64,000 nt of DNA, taken from NCBI GenBank assembly GCA_963978095.1, contig CAXBQP010000007.1, forward strand, positions 1 to 64,000, read 5' to 3'. Source of the DNA: an uncultured bacterium (GTDB taxonomy: Bacteria; Gemmatimonadota; Gemmatimonadetes; Gemmatimonadales; Gemmatimonadaceae). Positions within the stretch are counted from its first letter, which is position 1. Each line of letters opens with the position of its first letter. The position numbers and the translations under genes were made by a program. Shown piece after piece: positions 1-9,982 of this stretch. Under the pieces are notes generated by a model. That model ran no database searches, had not been told where the DNA came from, and saw only the letters and a list, made by a program, of their open reading frames with translations.

Positions 1-53
1 GGCATACGAGATAAGGCCACGTGACTGGAGTTCAGACGTGTGCTCTTCCGATC
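1..53. other. Illumina TruSeq P7/indexed adapter contamination
   Basis: GGCATACGAGAT (1-12) + 8-nt index AAGGCCAC + GTGACTGGAGTTCAGACGTGTGCTCTTCCGATC (21-53), the known adapter layout. Confidence 0.98.
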
Positions 54-54
54 C

Positions 55-1326
55 GACCTCGAACGCCTTCCGCATCACGCTCGCGCTGGCATCGTCGCTG
101 ACCTGCAGCGCCGAACCGCCGTCGAACCAGATCACGATGTCGTCGGTGTCGGCGCCGGGCGCGTGCTCCTTGAGCACTCCATCAGCGGCGCGGCGGATCA
201 GCTCGCGTGCGATGTTCGCGCCACCGACCAACTCCCCTTCATATTCGAGCTCGATCTTCCCCGTGATCGCGGGGAGTGCGGCGTACACGTCCGCCAACCG
301 CGGGACGATCTCCGTCTCATGGTTCCGGATCGCGCGGCGCTCCGCATTCGACACCACGTTCTCCATCACCGTGATCGGCATGCGCTGACTCACCCCGCTG
401 CGCTTGTCGATCCGCTTGTCGTTGCGTGCCTCGAACGCCACGCGCTCCACGAGTTCGCTGAGCAACGGCGACAACCGCACCGGACGCTCGGCGCCTCGCG
501 TCGTCCACGCCTCCTGCGCCGTGATGCTCATGCCGAGCTCGACCGACTCGGGATAGTGCGTGATGATCTCGCTCCCGATGCGGTCCTTGAGCGGCGTGAT
601 GATCTTGCCGCGCGCCGTGTAGTCCTCAGGGTTCGCGGTGAAACAGAGCAGCACATCGAGCTGCAGGCGCACGGGATAGCCTTTGATCTGCACATCCCCT
701 TCCTGCATGATGTTGAACAATCCGACCTGCACCTTCCCCGCGAGGTCGGGAAGTTCGTTGAGCGCGAAGATCCCGCGGTTCGCTCTCGGGAGCATCCCGT
801 AATGGATCGTGAGCTCGTCGCTCAGCATGTGCCCGCCGCGCGCGGCCTTGATCGGGTCGAGGTCGCCGATGAGATCCGCCACCGTGACGTCAGGCGTCGC
901 CAACTTCTCCACGTAGCGCTGGTCGCGCTCCACCCACGCGATCGGGGTGTCATCGCCGGCGCTCGCGATCAGCTCCCGCGAGTACTTCGAGATCGGATGG
1001 AAGGGCGAGTCGTTGATCTCGCTTCCGCCCACGATCGGCATCACATCATCGAGCAGCGTCGTCAGCGCACGCAGGATGCGCGACTTGGCCTGCCCGCGAA
1101 GTCCGAGCAGGATGAAGTTGTGCTTGCTGAGCAGCGCGTTCACGATCTGCGGCATCACCGTGTCCTCATAGCCCAGGACCCCGTCGAACAACGGGCCGCC
1201 GGCGGCGAGCTTGGTGATGAGGTTTTTGCGCATCTCGTCCTTCACCGTGCGGTGCGCACGGTCGGGCGTCGCGAAGGGGGAGCGCCGCAGGGCGCCCAGT
1301 GTGGTCGGAAGCGTCGGAGCGTTCAC
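55..1326 (-). CDS. Mg-chelatase-like/MoxR-related AAA+ ATPase, 3'-truncated at the contig end
   Basis: Not in the ORF track; translated by hand from GTG 1326: [16 protein letters not shown]...[12 protein letters not shown]...EKLATPD...[19 protein letters not shown]...[30 protein letters not shown] overlap with the upstream stop. Confidence 0.85.
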
Positions 1327-3416
1327 GCGGCGGATACCTCTACCAGGTTGTCGTAAAACACGGGGCCATGCCCCAGGTCGGTCTCGCGTTGCGAGGTTGT
1401 GGCGTTGGCATTCTCACCATCGCCGGCCAGCTTGGTCCACCAGATGGACGGGGCCCACACCACCGTCTCGCGCACCGCATCGGTCACCCGCGCGATGGCG
1501 GTGAAGCCGCCGCGGTCGTTCGCGATCGTCACGCGGGCCCCGTCCATGATGCCACGACGTGCGGCGTCCACCGGATGAATCATCACTTCGGGCTGGGCGT
1601 TCCAACGGAGCGACGCCACATTCACGAAGGTGGAGTTCAAGAACTGGTGCCGCGGGCTCGAGATCAGCGTCAACGGATACTTCGCGGCCACATCGGGCAC
1701 CAGGTCGGGGAACTCATACGGCGCGGTGAACGCCGGCAGGGGATCGAGTCCCATCTGGGCCATCCGCGCCGAATAGAACTCGCACTTGCCACTTGGTGTC
1801 GTGAATCCACCCTCGGCGTACGGCAGATACGGACGCGGTACGTTGAGCCGCACCCAGCCCTCTTCCTTCAGCGCGTCGAAGGTCACGCCCTGCATGCGCT
1901 CGCCGGTGGTATCGAGCGCCTGCTTCACCAGCGTCAGGTCATCGTCGCGCAGACACGCGTGGTCGAGCCCCATCTTCGCCGCCAACAGGCGGAAGATCTC
2001 GGCGTTCGATCGTGCTTCGCCGATGGGCGCGATCGCTGGTTGGTTGAGCGTCGCGTACAGGTGTCCATACGCGAAGTGCACATCCCAATGCTCCAACTGC
2101 GTCGTGGCGGGGAGGATCCAATCCGCCCAGTCGGCGGTGTCGGTCTGGAAGTGTTCGAGCACCACGGTGAACAGATCGTCGCGCGCAAGCCCGCGGCGGA
2201 CGTCGTTGGTGTCCGGTGCGACCGCCGCGGGATTCGCGTTGTACACGATCAGCGCCTGGACCGGCGGGCCCCCGACCCCGGCATCCGGGGCGTTCAGCGC
2301 CTCGCCCAGCCGGATCATGTTGATCGTGCGCACCGGTGGCGAGAGGTCCGGACGCTCCAGCAGTTGCTTGTTGAACTGGAAGTTCGCGCTGCTGGAGAGC
2401 AGCACCCCTCCGCCGGCCCGACGCCAGTGTCCGGTGACTGCCGGCAAACAGGCGATGGTGCGCACCGCCATCCCGCCTCCCGCATGGCGCTGCAACCCAT
2501 AGTTCACGCGGATGAACGCCGCCTTCGCGTGCCCGTAGTCCCGGGCGAGCCGGACCACACGCTCCTCGGCGAGTCCAGTGATCTGCGCCACGCGTGCCGG
2601 CGGATACTCGCGCACGCGTTCGCGCAGTTGATCGCCGCCGAGGGTGTGCTGCGCGATGTAGTCGTCGTCCTGCAGTCCTTCGGCAAAGAGCACATGCATG
2701 ATCCCGAGCGCGAGCGCGGCGTCGGTGCCCGGTCGGATGGGGATCCATTCGTCACACTGGTCGGCGGTCCGCGTGCGGATCGGATCGATGCACAGTACGC
2801 GCGCCCCCTTGGCACGGGCCTGCAGCACGAACGGCCAGAAGTGCGGATTCGAGGTGAGCGTGTTGGTGCCCCAAAGAAGAATCAGGTCGCTCTCGCTCGC
2901 ACCTTCGGCGTCCGCGCCGAGGTTGGCGCCGACGGTCATCTGCATGCCCGTCGCGCCGGCGGTCGCGCAGATCGTGCGGTCCAGTTTGGAAGCGCCGAGC
3001 AGATGGAAGAATCGCCGGTCCATGGACTGTGACTGCACGTACCCCATGGTCCCCGCGTAGGAGTACGGCAGGATGGACTGCGGGCCGTGTGCGCTGCGGC
3101 GGATCGCGTTGAGTCGTTCCGCGATGTCGGCGAGCGCGTCGTCCCACGTGGCAGGTGCGAACTGTCCGCTCCCTTTCGGACCTACGCGCTTGAGCGGGGT
3201 GGTGAGCCGGTCCTTGTGGTAGGTGCGCTCGAGGTAGCGGTTCACCTTGGCGCAGAGAAAGCCGCTGGTGACCGGATGCGCAGGGTCACCCTGGATGCGT
3301 GTGGCGCGACCGTGCTCGACCGTCACCAGCGTGGCGCAGGTGTCCGGGCAATCGTGCGGGCAGGCACCGCGAATGATGCGCGGTGTCGAGTCGAGGGTCG
3401 GCAGTGGATTGTCCAT
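1323..3416 (-). CDS. Molybdopterin (bis-MGD) oxidoreductase family protein
   Basis: N-terminal CPHDCPDTC...GFLCAKV Fe-S motif, [22 protein letters not shown]-terminal MGD-binding domain ([25 protein letters not shown]); start placed at ATG 3416. Confidence 0.92.
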   Translation of the reverse strand: MDNPLPTLDSTPRIIRGACPHDCPDTCATLVTVEHGRATRIQGDPAHPVTSGFLCAKVNRYLERTYHKDRLTTPLKRVGPKGSGQFAPATWDDALADIAERLNAIRRSAHGPQSILPYSYAGTMGYVQSQSMDRRFFHLLGASKLDRTICATAGATGMQMTVGANLGADAEGASESDLILLWGTNTLTSNPHFWPFVLQARAKGARVLCIDPIRTRTADQCDEWIPIRPGTDAALALGIMHVLFAEGLQDDDYIAQHTLGGDQLRERVREYPPARVAQITGLAEERVVRLARDYGHAKAAFIRVNYGLQRHAGGGMAVRTIACLPAVTGHWRRAGGGVLLSSSANFQFNKQLLERPDLSPPVRTINMIRLGEALNAPDAGVGGPPVQALIVYNANPAAVAPDTNDVRRGLARDDLFTVVLEHFQTDTADWADWILPATTQLEHWDVHFAYGHLYATLNQPAIAPIGEARSNAEIFRLLAAKMGLDHACLRDDDLTLVKQALDTTGERMQGVTFDALKEEGWVRLNVPRPYLPYAEGGFTTPSGKCEFYSARMAQMGLDPLPAFTAPYEFPDLVPDVAAKYPLTLISSPRHQFLNSTFVNVASLRWNAQPEVMIHPVDAARRGIMDGARVTIANDRGGFTAIARVTDAVRETVVWAPSIWWTKLAGDGENANATTSQRETDLGHGPVFYDNLVEVSAA

Positions 3417-3660
3417 GGTGGAGCCTCGCCGGAGCGAAGTGTGGCGCTGTGAGAATCTAACCGGTGGCGTGCCGGCATTGTTCCGCGTCGCGCGGGCCCG
3501 CAAAAACGCTGTAAACGTATAAACAACAACGAGTTACGATAATCTCTTGGTGTTCGGCTCAAAAACGGGCGATTCGGTTGCCGGTGCGGGTCCGTCTCAT
3601 CGGGTGTGAAATGTCGCCCGAACGTCTTGCTGTGATTAGACTTGAGGCCTGTACAGACCC

Positions 3661-3689
3661 TTGACCAAAACCTCGAATCGCTGTACATT
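3661..3689 (+). promoter_or_regulatory. sigma70-type promoter of the small lipoprotein gene
   Basis: TTGACC-N17-TACATT; downstream SD AAGGAG at 3750-3755. Confidence 0.65.
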
Positions 3690-3762
3690 TCTTTGCTGTC
3701 CGAGGACTGCGTATGTGGCGCAGTCTCGACTGTGCCAACCAGTACTCGTAAGGAGATTTCTC

Positions 3763-3978
3763 ATGAAGAAGATCGCGCTTGTTGCGTCGGTGCTCGCCAT
3801 TGCGGCGTGCGGCGAAGCGAAGAAGGAAGAAGCCCCGAAGGCTCCGGAAGCCGCCGCTCCGGCCGCTGCTCCGGCTGCTGACAGCACCAAGAAGGATTCG
3901 GCTGCCGCTCCGGCCGCTGCTCCGGCCGCCGCGCCTGCGGCTGCTCCGGCCGCTGCCCCGGCCCCGAAGAAGCCGTAA
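3763..3978 (+). CDS. Small Ala/Pro-rich lipoprotein (71 aa)
   Basis: SD AAGGAG, MKKIALVASVLAIAAC signal with lipobox, APAA repeats, downstream hairpin. Confidence 0.85.
   Translation: MKKIALVASVLAIAACGEAKKEEAPKAPEAAAPAAAPAADSTKKDSAAAPAAAPAAAPAAAPAAAPAPKKP
3851..3966 (+). repeat. Imperfect 12-nt coding repeats (GCTCCGGCCGCY) encoding APAA
   Basis: Two blocks seen directly, about 3851-3878 and 3901-3966. Confidence 0.8.
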
Positions 3979-4003
3979 TCTCGGCTCTCTTCCTCAGACA
4001 GCA

Positions 4004-4037
4004 GAAGGGCGCGATCACCTCGGTGGTCGCGCCCTTC
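4004..4037 (+). terminator. Hairpin terminator after the lipoprotein gene
   Basis: GAAGGGCGCGATCACC-TC-GGTGGTCGCGCCCTTC stem with one G-U pair; weak U tail. Confidence 0.7.
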
Positions 4038-4094
4038 GCCGTTCGGTCGATGTAACAGGAATTTGCGGGTACCACGACATCTTCAGGAGTTCTC

Positions 4095-5348
4095 ATGGGT
4101 CGATCGCTTCGTCATCGCGCGCTGTGCCTCCTCACCAGCGTGCTCGCAGCAACTACCGTGCTCGCGCAGGATCCGACCGGAGGACGATCGGGGGCGCCCG
4201 CAGGTGGGCGCGGACAGGGCGGCGGCCGTGGCATGGCGATCCCCGCGGGCGAGAGTTGCCCGCCCGGCATGGCGGAGATTCGCCCGCGCAGTTGCATGGC
4301 TCCGCAGTTTCCCGCGCCCAGCATCATCGACTACCGCCCGCATTCGACGCTCGTCACGCCCGTGCACATGGTGAAGAGCGCCAAGTATCCCGCGATCGAC
4401 TATCACGGGCATCCGCAGGGATTGCTCAACTCGCCCGAGTCGGTCGCGGGGTTGGTCGCGCAGCTCGACACGCTGAATGTCCGCCTGATGGTCGCCGCCG
4501 ACAACATGTCGGGCGATCGCATTGTGCGCGCCATGGCGGCGATCAATACGAATCCGAAGCACAAGGACCGCATTCGCGTCCTCGCCGGCATCGACTTTCG
4601 CAACGTCGGACCTGGATGGGGAGAGAAAGCGGTGGCGCAACTCGAGGCCGACGTGAAGGCGGGCGCGGTGGGCGTCGGGGAGATCGCCAAGAGCCTCGGA
4701 CTCTCCATCAAGAAGGCGGACGGTACGCGCCTGAAGATCGACGACCCCGACCTCGATCCGGTGTGGGACGCCTGTGCCCGACTCGGGATTCCGGTGTTCA
4801 TTCACACCGCCGATCCGCAGGAGTTCTTCGAGGCGATGGACCTGAACAACGAACGCTGGCTCGAAATCGCCCTCTTCGGGGACCGGCGCTATCCGAGTGA
4901 CCGCTTTCCCAAGTTCGAAGAGCTGATGGCGGAACGCGACAACCTGTTCCGGAAGCACCCGAAAACCATCTTCGTGGCGGCGCATCTGGGATGGCACGCC
5001 AACAACCTCGCCCGGCTCGGAAAAATGTTCGACGCCATGCCCAATCTGTACGCCGAGGTTGGCGCGGTGCTCTACGACATCGGACGGCAGCCGCGCGGTG
5101 CACACGACTTCTTTCTGAAATACCAGGATCGGATCCTCTTCGGAAAGGACGCGTACTACCCCGAGGAGTATCCGTACTACTGGCGCGTCTTCGAGACGGC
5201 GGACGAGTATTTCGACTACTACCGCGGGTACCATGCCTTCTGGAAGCTCTACGGGGTGGATCTCCCGGACGCGGTGCTGAAAAAGCTGTATTTCCAGAAC
5301 GCGTTACGGATCACCAAGGCACTTCCCCAGGGCGGCTGGCCGAAATAA
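4095..5348 (+). CDS. Exported amidohydrolase (amidohydrolase_2-like)
   Basis: Signal peptide ending VLA-Q, IDYHGH metal motif, VFIHTAD, AAHLG, RILFGKD, LYFQNA. Confidence 0.85.
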   Translation: MGRSLRHRALCLLTSVLAATTVLAQDPTGGRSGAPAGGRGQGGGRGMAIPAGESCPPGMAEIRPRSCMAPQFPAPSIIDYRPHSTLVTPVHMVKSAKYPAIDYHGHPQGLLNSPESVAGLVAQLDTLNVRLMVAADNMSGDRIVRAMAAINTNPKHKDRIRVLAGIDFRNVGPGWGEKAVAQLEADVKAGAVGVGEIAKSLGLSIKKADGTRLKIDDPDLDPVWDACARLGIPVFIHTADPQEFFEAMDLNNERWLEIALFGDRRYPSDRFPKFEELMAERDNLFRKHPKTIFVAAHLGWHANNLARLGKMFDAMPNLYAEVGAVLYDIGRQPRGAHDFFLKYQDRILFGKDAYYPEEYPYYWRVFETADEYFDYYRGYHAFWKLYGVDLPDAVLKKLYFQNALRITKALPQGGWPK

Positions 5349-5575
5349 CCGCACATCTGGAATCGCGGCAGGGTGTTGGCACGGGTCGGGCGGTATCGCT
5401 GACACGCCACGCCGACAAACTGCGGCACCATTCGGAGACGCGTGCCACGGCGCACGGCGTTGAGCGCCGGGCAGCGGCACCGCGATCCGGGGGCTCCGAG
5501 GCCCAGCCTCCTGCTCGGCCGCGTGGCCAATACCGGGCGTCGTGACGGGAAAGCGCCATCGCACGACTGATGGGT

Positions 5576-6739
5576 TCAGCGGCAGCCCGCGCCGAGCCAG
5601 CGCTCGTCGAACGTCGCCAGCGTGATGGTGGCGTAGTCGCCTCCCTCGTACAAGAGGCCGATTCGCCCATTGCCCAGGGCCGTGAGCGTCGAGTACGCGG
5701 CGGGGCCTGCCTCAATCGTGCGCCGGACGGGCCAGCTTCGCCCGTCGTCGCACGAAAGCTTCACGGTGAGATTCACGCGCGCGTTGGTGCTCTCCGTGTT
5801 GCTGAACAGCAACATGTGCGCCCGCGCGTCTTGGGTGGGAGCGTCCGGGGCGAGTCGAATGATGGAGCCGTTGTTCCCCGGATCGGGGAGCAGGGGTTCA
5901 TCCTGTGGAGACGACCAACTGACGCCGCCGTCGGAGGACAGGGCCACGCGACGCGTGGGTTTGGCGCGGATGTTCAGCATGAGGGTCCCGTCCGCGAGCT
6001 CGACCACTTTGTTTTCGTCACTCCCCGGACCGACCAGTGCGCCCATCTTCCAGTGCTCGCCGTGGTCGTCGCTGTAGGCGCTCGCCGCCCAGTTCGCGCT
6101 GCGGAATCGCACCGCATACTGCTGAATCAGGCGACCCGCATGCGGTCCGCGGCGCAACTGGATCCCCTCGCCCGATGAGGCGAAGAGCCCTCCCCACGCG
6201 CTATCCTTGATCTGTGCCGTGATGCGACGGTGACGCCATGACCGGCCATCGTCGTCGGAGTAGCTGTAGTCCGCCTGCAACACATCGGGATCGTTTGCGC
6301 CAGTGCCGGCGCGCGCGCCGAAGAATCCCTGACGGGCACCGGCGGCGTAGAACAGGAAGATGCGCCCTGTCATGCGGTCCACGACGAAACTTGGATCGCC
6401 GAAGCCGAGCGGCGCGCTGTCCGCACGGACTGTGACCGGTGGCGCGAACGTTCGGCCACCGTCGGTGCTGCGACGCAGCATCACCGCGATATGCGATGGG
6501 AGATCACTGCCCGACGGTCGTGCATCGTATGAGGCGAGGACGGTGCCGGCTTTCGTCACCGTCAGGGCGGGTATCCGGTACACGGGTGCTCCCTCACCGC
6601 TCCGCGCCAGAACGAGGCGCGTGACGGGGTCGACCGTGGGCGGCACCGCCGGCGTTGCCCCCCCTTGCGGCACGCATCCCGCGACCAGCAGCAGCGCGGA
6701 CCACAGAGCGAAAATTCGTGGCGTGCATGATATCGGCAT
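5576..6739 (-). CDS. Sialidase (GH33), probable lipoprotein
   Basis: YRIP motif; Asp boxes STDGGRTF, SDDDGRSW, SDDHGEHW, SSDGGVSW, SCDDGRSW; AYS catalytic Tyr; LVAGC lipobox. Confidence 0.9.
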   Translation of the reverse strand: MPISCTPRIFALWSALLLVAGCVPQGGATPAVPPTVDPVTRLVLARSGEGAPVYRIPALTVTKAGTVLASYDARPSGSDLPSHIAVMLRRSTDGGRTFAPPVTVRADSAPLGFGDPSFVVDRMTGRIFLFYAAGARQGFFGARAGTGANDPDVLQADYSYSDDDGRSWRHRRITAQIKDSAWGGLFASSGEGIQLRRGPHAGRLIQQYAVRFRSANWAASAYSDDHGEHWKMGALVGPGSDENKVVELADGTLMLNIRAKPTRRVALSSDGGVSWSSPQDEPLLPDPGNNGSIIRLAPDAPTQDARAHMLLFSNTESTNARVNLTVKLSCDDGRSWPVRRTIEAGPAAYSTLTALGNGRIGLLYEGGDYATITLATFDERWLGAGCR

Positions 6740-6919
6740 ACCCGCAAAGTAGTGCAAGCCGTGGGGCGCGCCGAGTGGTGGTGCGCGGTTCGTGCCGGTT
6801 ACGCCCGTCAGTAACCCTCCCACGAGGTGTGGGTGTATCCCCTACATCGAACACCGTCATCGTGGATATACCATACGAGCGTAACGACGTATGGACATCA
6901 ACCGGCGAGAGGCGCGCAC

Positions 6920-8617
6920 GTGCGGATCATTCTCCTCCATCCGAACTATCACTCCGGCGGTGCGGAGATCGCCGGGAACTGGCCGCCGGCGTGGGCCGCC
7001 TACATCAGCGGCGCCCTCAAGTCGGCGGGCATGACCGACCTGCGCTTCATCGATGCCATGACCAACAACATCGACGATCCCGCACTCGAGATCATGCTAA
7101 AGGACGAGAAGCCCGATGTCGTGATGGTCACGGCGATCACTCCAGCGATCTACAAGGCACAGGACCAGCTCAAGATGGCGCGGCGACTCTTCCCGCGTGC
7201 CACACTCGTGCTGGGCGGCATTCACGGCACCTTCATGTATCAGCAGGTGTTCGCCGAGGCGCCGTGGATCGACTACGTCGTGCGTGGCGAAGGGGAGGAG
7301 GTGGTGGTCAACCTCCTGCAGGCCATCGACAACGGCACGATCGACGAGGAGCGCCACACCATCAGGGGGATCGCCTTCGTGGAGAACAACACGACGGTCG
7401 CCACCGTGGCGCATCCGCCGATCCAGAAGCTCGACGCCCTCAATCCCGATTGGGGGCTGCTCGAGTGGCACAAGTACATCTATATCCCGCTCAACACGCG
7501 GGTGGCGGTTCCGAGTTTCGCGCGCGGCTGCCCCTTCACCTGCTCCTTCTGTTCCCAATGGAAGTTCTGGCGCACCTATCGGTCTCGTGATCCCGTGCTC
7601 TTCGTGAACGAGATCCAGCGGCTGGTGGAGGAGCACAAGGTGGGCTTCTTCATCCTCGCCGACGAGGAGCCGACGATCAACCGCAAGAAGTTCATCGCGC
7701 TGTGCGACGAGCTCATCAAGCGCAACCTGCCGGTGCAGTGGGGGATCAACACCCGCGTCACCGACATCATGCGTGACGAGGAGCTCCTCCCGCACTATCG
7801 CAAGGCGGGGCTGGTGCACGTGTCGTTGGGCACCGAAGCGGCGGCGCAGCTCAAGCTCGACCGATTCAACAAGGAAACCACGATCGCGACCAACAAGAAG
7901 GCGATCCGCCTGCTCAACAATGCCGGCATGGTCACGGAAGCGCAGTTCATCGTGGGTCTCGAGAACGAGACCGCGGAAACCATCGAGGAGACCTACAAGA
8001 TGGCCCTCGACTGGGAGGCGGACATGGTCAACTGGAACATGTACACGCCGTGGCCCTTCTCGGATCTGTTCCAGGAACTTGCCAGCAAGGTCGAGGTCCG
8101 CGACTACGCCAAATACAACTTCGTCACGCCGATCATCCAGCCCGATTGCATGACCCGCGAGCAAGTGCTGAGTGGCGTCATGCACAACTACCGGCGCTAC
8201 TACTTCAAAAAGGCGCTCTTCAGCTACCCATGGGCACGCGATCCGTACAAGCGGAAGTACCTGCGAGGGTGCCTCAAGGCGTTTCTGAAGGGGAGCGTGC
8301 AGCGGCGCTTCTATGATCTCGGGCGGATCAACTACTGGGGGCAGCCGAGCAAGATCGACTGGGGGTTCGACGACAAGAAGATGATGTCCAAGGATCAGTT
8401 GGCGCAGATCGAGAAGGCGCAGCCCAGGGACCCCGGCGCGCGGAAAAAGCGCGAGTCGATGCTGCGCACCGCATCGGCCTGCGGCCCGACGGAAATGCAC
8501 GCGGCACCTCCGGGTTCCGATTTCACCTCGGAGGCGATGAACGACCGTGATGCCGGGGGCGGCGTCGGGACGATCGAATCGGCACCCATGGCCGCATCAC
8601 CCGCCTCCCCGATCTGA
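6920..8617 (+). CDS. bchE: Anaerobic Mg-protoporphyrin IX monomethyl ester cyclase (B12-binding radical SAM)
   Basis: Signature N-terminus RIILLHPNYHSGGAEIAGNWPPAW, B12-binding domain, CPFTCSFC motif, FILADEEPTINRKKF, RRFYDLGR; GTG start 6920. Confidence 0.93.
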   Translation: MRIILLHPNYHSGGAEIAGNWPPAWAAYISGALKSAGMTDLRFIDAMTNNIDDPALEIMLKDEKPDVVMVTAITPAIYKAQDQLKMARRLFPRATLVLGGIHGTFMYQQVFAEAPWIDYVVRGEGEEVVVNLLQAIDNGTIDEERHTIRGIAFVENNTTVATVAHPPIQKLDALNPDWGLLEWHKYIYIPLNTRVAVPSFARGCPFTCSFCSQWKFWRTYRSRDPVLFVNEIQRLVEEHKVGFFILADEEPTINRKKFIALCDELIKRNLPVQWGINTRVTDIMRDEELLPHYRKAGLVHVSLGTEAAAQLKLDRFNKETTIATNKKAIRLLNNAGMVTEAQFIVGLENETAETIEETYKMALDWEADMVNWNMYTPWPFSDLFQELASKVEVRDYAKYNFVTPIIQPDCMTREQVLSGVMHNYRRYYFKKALFSYPWARDPYKRKYLRGCLKAFLKGSVQRRFYDLGRINYWGQPSKIDWGFDDKKMMSKDQLAQIEKAQPRDPGARKKRESMLRTASACGPTEMHAAPPGSDFTSEAMNDRDAGGGVGTIESAPMAASPASPI

Positions 8618-8632
8618 CCCGAGGAACATCAG

Positions 8633-9982
8633 GTGACGCACGAACGCATCCCCCTTGAACTCATCGACCGCTACGACCGCCCGGGACCGCGATACACGAG
8701 CTATCCGACGGTGCCGAATTGGTCACCGGCCTTCGGGTCGGTCGCCTATCAGGAGGCGCTGGAGCGGGCCGGCAACGAAGGGACGTTCGCACTGTACGCG
8801 CACTTCCCGTTCTGTGCGCGCAAATGCCTGTACTGCGGATGCAACATGCTGGTGACACGGCGTGCCGCGCACGTCGACGCCTACCTCGACGGTCTGGAGA
8901 AGGAGATCGACCTGGTCCTCGCGCGCCTCGGTCCGTCGCCACGGGTGACGCAGATGCATTGGGGGGGCGGTACGCCGAACCTCTTGAGCATTCCGCAACT
9001 GACGCGTGCTTTCGAGCTCTTCGCCACGCGGTTCGACCTCGCGCCGGACGCGGAGATCTCCATCGAAGCCGACCCGCGTCAGTGCTCGCGCGCCCAGTTG
9101 CAACATCTGCGGGCGCTGGGGTTCAATCGCATCAGTTTCGGGGTACAGGACCTCGATGCGGACGTCCAGCAGGCGATCGGCCGCGTGCAACCGCTCGCGT
9201 TGGTGCGCGAGATGTGCGACGCCGCGCGCGAGGCCGGGTTCGAAGGGCTGAATGTCGATGTGATGTACGGCCTCCCGCGCCAGACGCGGGGCTCCATGGC
9301 GCAGACGATCATGCACGTCCTCGATCTGCAGCCGGATCGTGTCGCCTGCTTCGGGTACGCGCATGTCCCTTGGCTCCGTCCGCACCAGCGCGCGATCCAC
9401 GAGGCGGACCTGCCCGGCGCGCGCGAGCGCTTCTCGCAGTTCGCCATGGCCGTGAATCTCTTCGACTCGGCGGGCTACCGGTGGATCGGGCTCGATCATT
9501 TTGCCGCGCCGCACGATGCCCTCGCGCACGCGCAGCACGCGCGCGGGCTGCACCGGAACTTCATGGGCTACACGACCATGCCGGCGGAGCACCTCTTGGC
9601 CTTCGGCATGAGCGCCATCGCCGAAGTCGGCGGGGTATTTGCGCAGAATGCCGCTGATGTGAACGACTGGCGCTCCCCCCTCGACGCCGGGCAGTTGCCG
9701 ATCGTCCGCGGTCACCGGTCCAGCATGGACGATGTCCGCCGGCAGCAGGTGATCATGGAGTTGATGTGCAATCTGGAGTACCCCCTGAGCGGGAATCGGG
9801 AGTACTTCACGGCCGCGATCTCCCGACTTCTCCCACTGGTGGATGACGGGCTGGTCACGCTGACGGACGACCGGATCACTGTGACACCCACGGGACGTTA
9901 CTTCCTCCGCAATATCTGCATGGCGTTCGATGCCTATCTCGGCGAGGCGCCCGCGCCGGGGATGTACTCGCGCTCCATATGA
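8633..9982 (+). CDS. hemN: Oxygen-independent coproporphyrinogen III oxidase
   Basis: GPRYTSYP, HFPFCARKCLYCGC, HWGGGTPN, RNFMGYT, RNICMAFDAYL, YSRSI C-terminus. Confidence 0.95.
   Translation: MTHERIPLELIDRYDRPGPRYTSYPTVPNWSPAFGSVAYQEALERAGNEGTFALYAHFPFCARKCLYCGCNMLVTRRAAHVDAYLDGLEKEIDLVLARLGPSPRVTQMHWGGGTPNLLSIPQLTRAFELFATRFDLAPDAEISIEADPRQCSRAQLQHLRALGFNRISFGVQDLDADVQQAIGRVQPLALVREMCDAAREAGFEGLNVDVMYGLPRQTRGSMAQTIMHVLDLQPDRVACFGYAHVPWLRPHQRAIHEADLPGARERFSQFAMAVNLFDSAGYRWIGLDHFAAPHDALAHAQHARGLHRNFMGYTTMPAEHLLAFGMSAIAEVGGVFAQNAADVNDWRSPLDAGQLPIVRGHRSSMDDVRRQQVIMELMCNLEYPLSGNREYFTAAISRLLPLVDDGLVTLTDDRITVTPTGRYFLRNICMAFDAYLGEAPAPGMYSRSI

Noticed and set aside
55..1326. ATPase as BchI/BchD because bchE is nearby
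   Set aside because: It has GLRGQAKS and ALNE rather than the BchI motifs GDRGTGKS and LYVDEVNLL; it fits the widespread non-photosynthetic chelatase-like family
40..3032. Long + strand ORFs 40..1356 and 1299..3032
   Set aside because: They are antisense shadows of the ATPase and oxidoreductase with no motifs; the first begins inside the adapter
6828..6853. PpsR/CrtJ site before bchE
   Set aside because: TGT...ACA spacings are 13 and 14 nt, not 12
6740..6919. Cobalamin riboswitch before bchE (also looked before pduO)
   Set aside because: No B12-box or conserved core recognised, and there is little room
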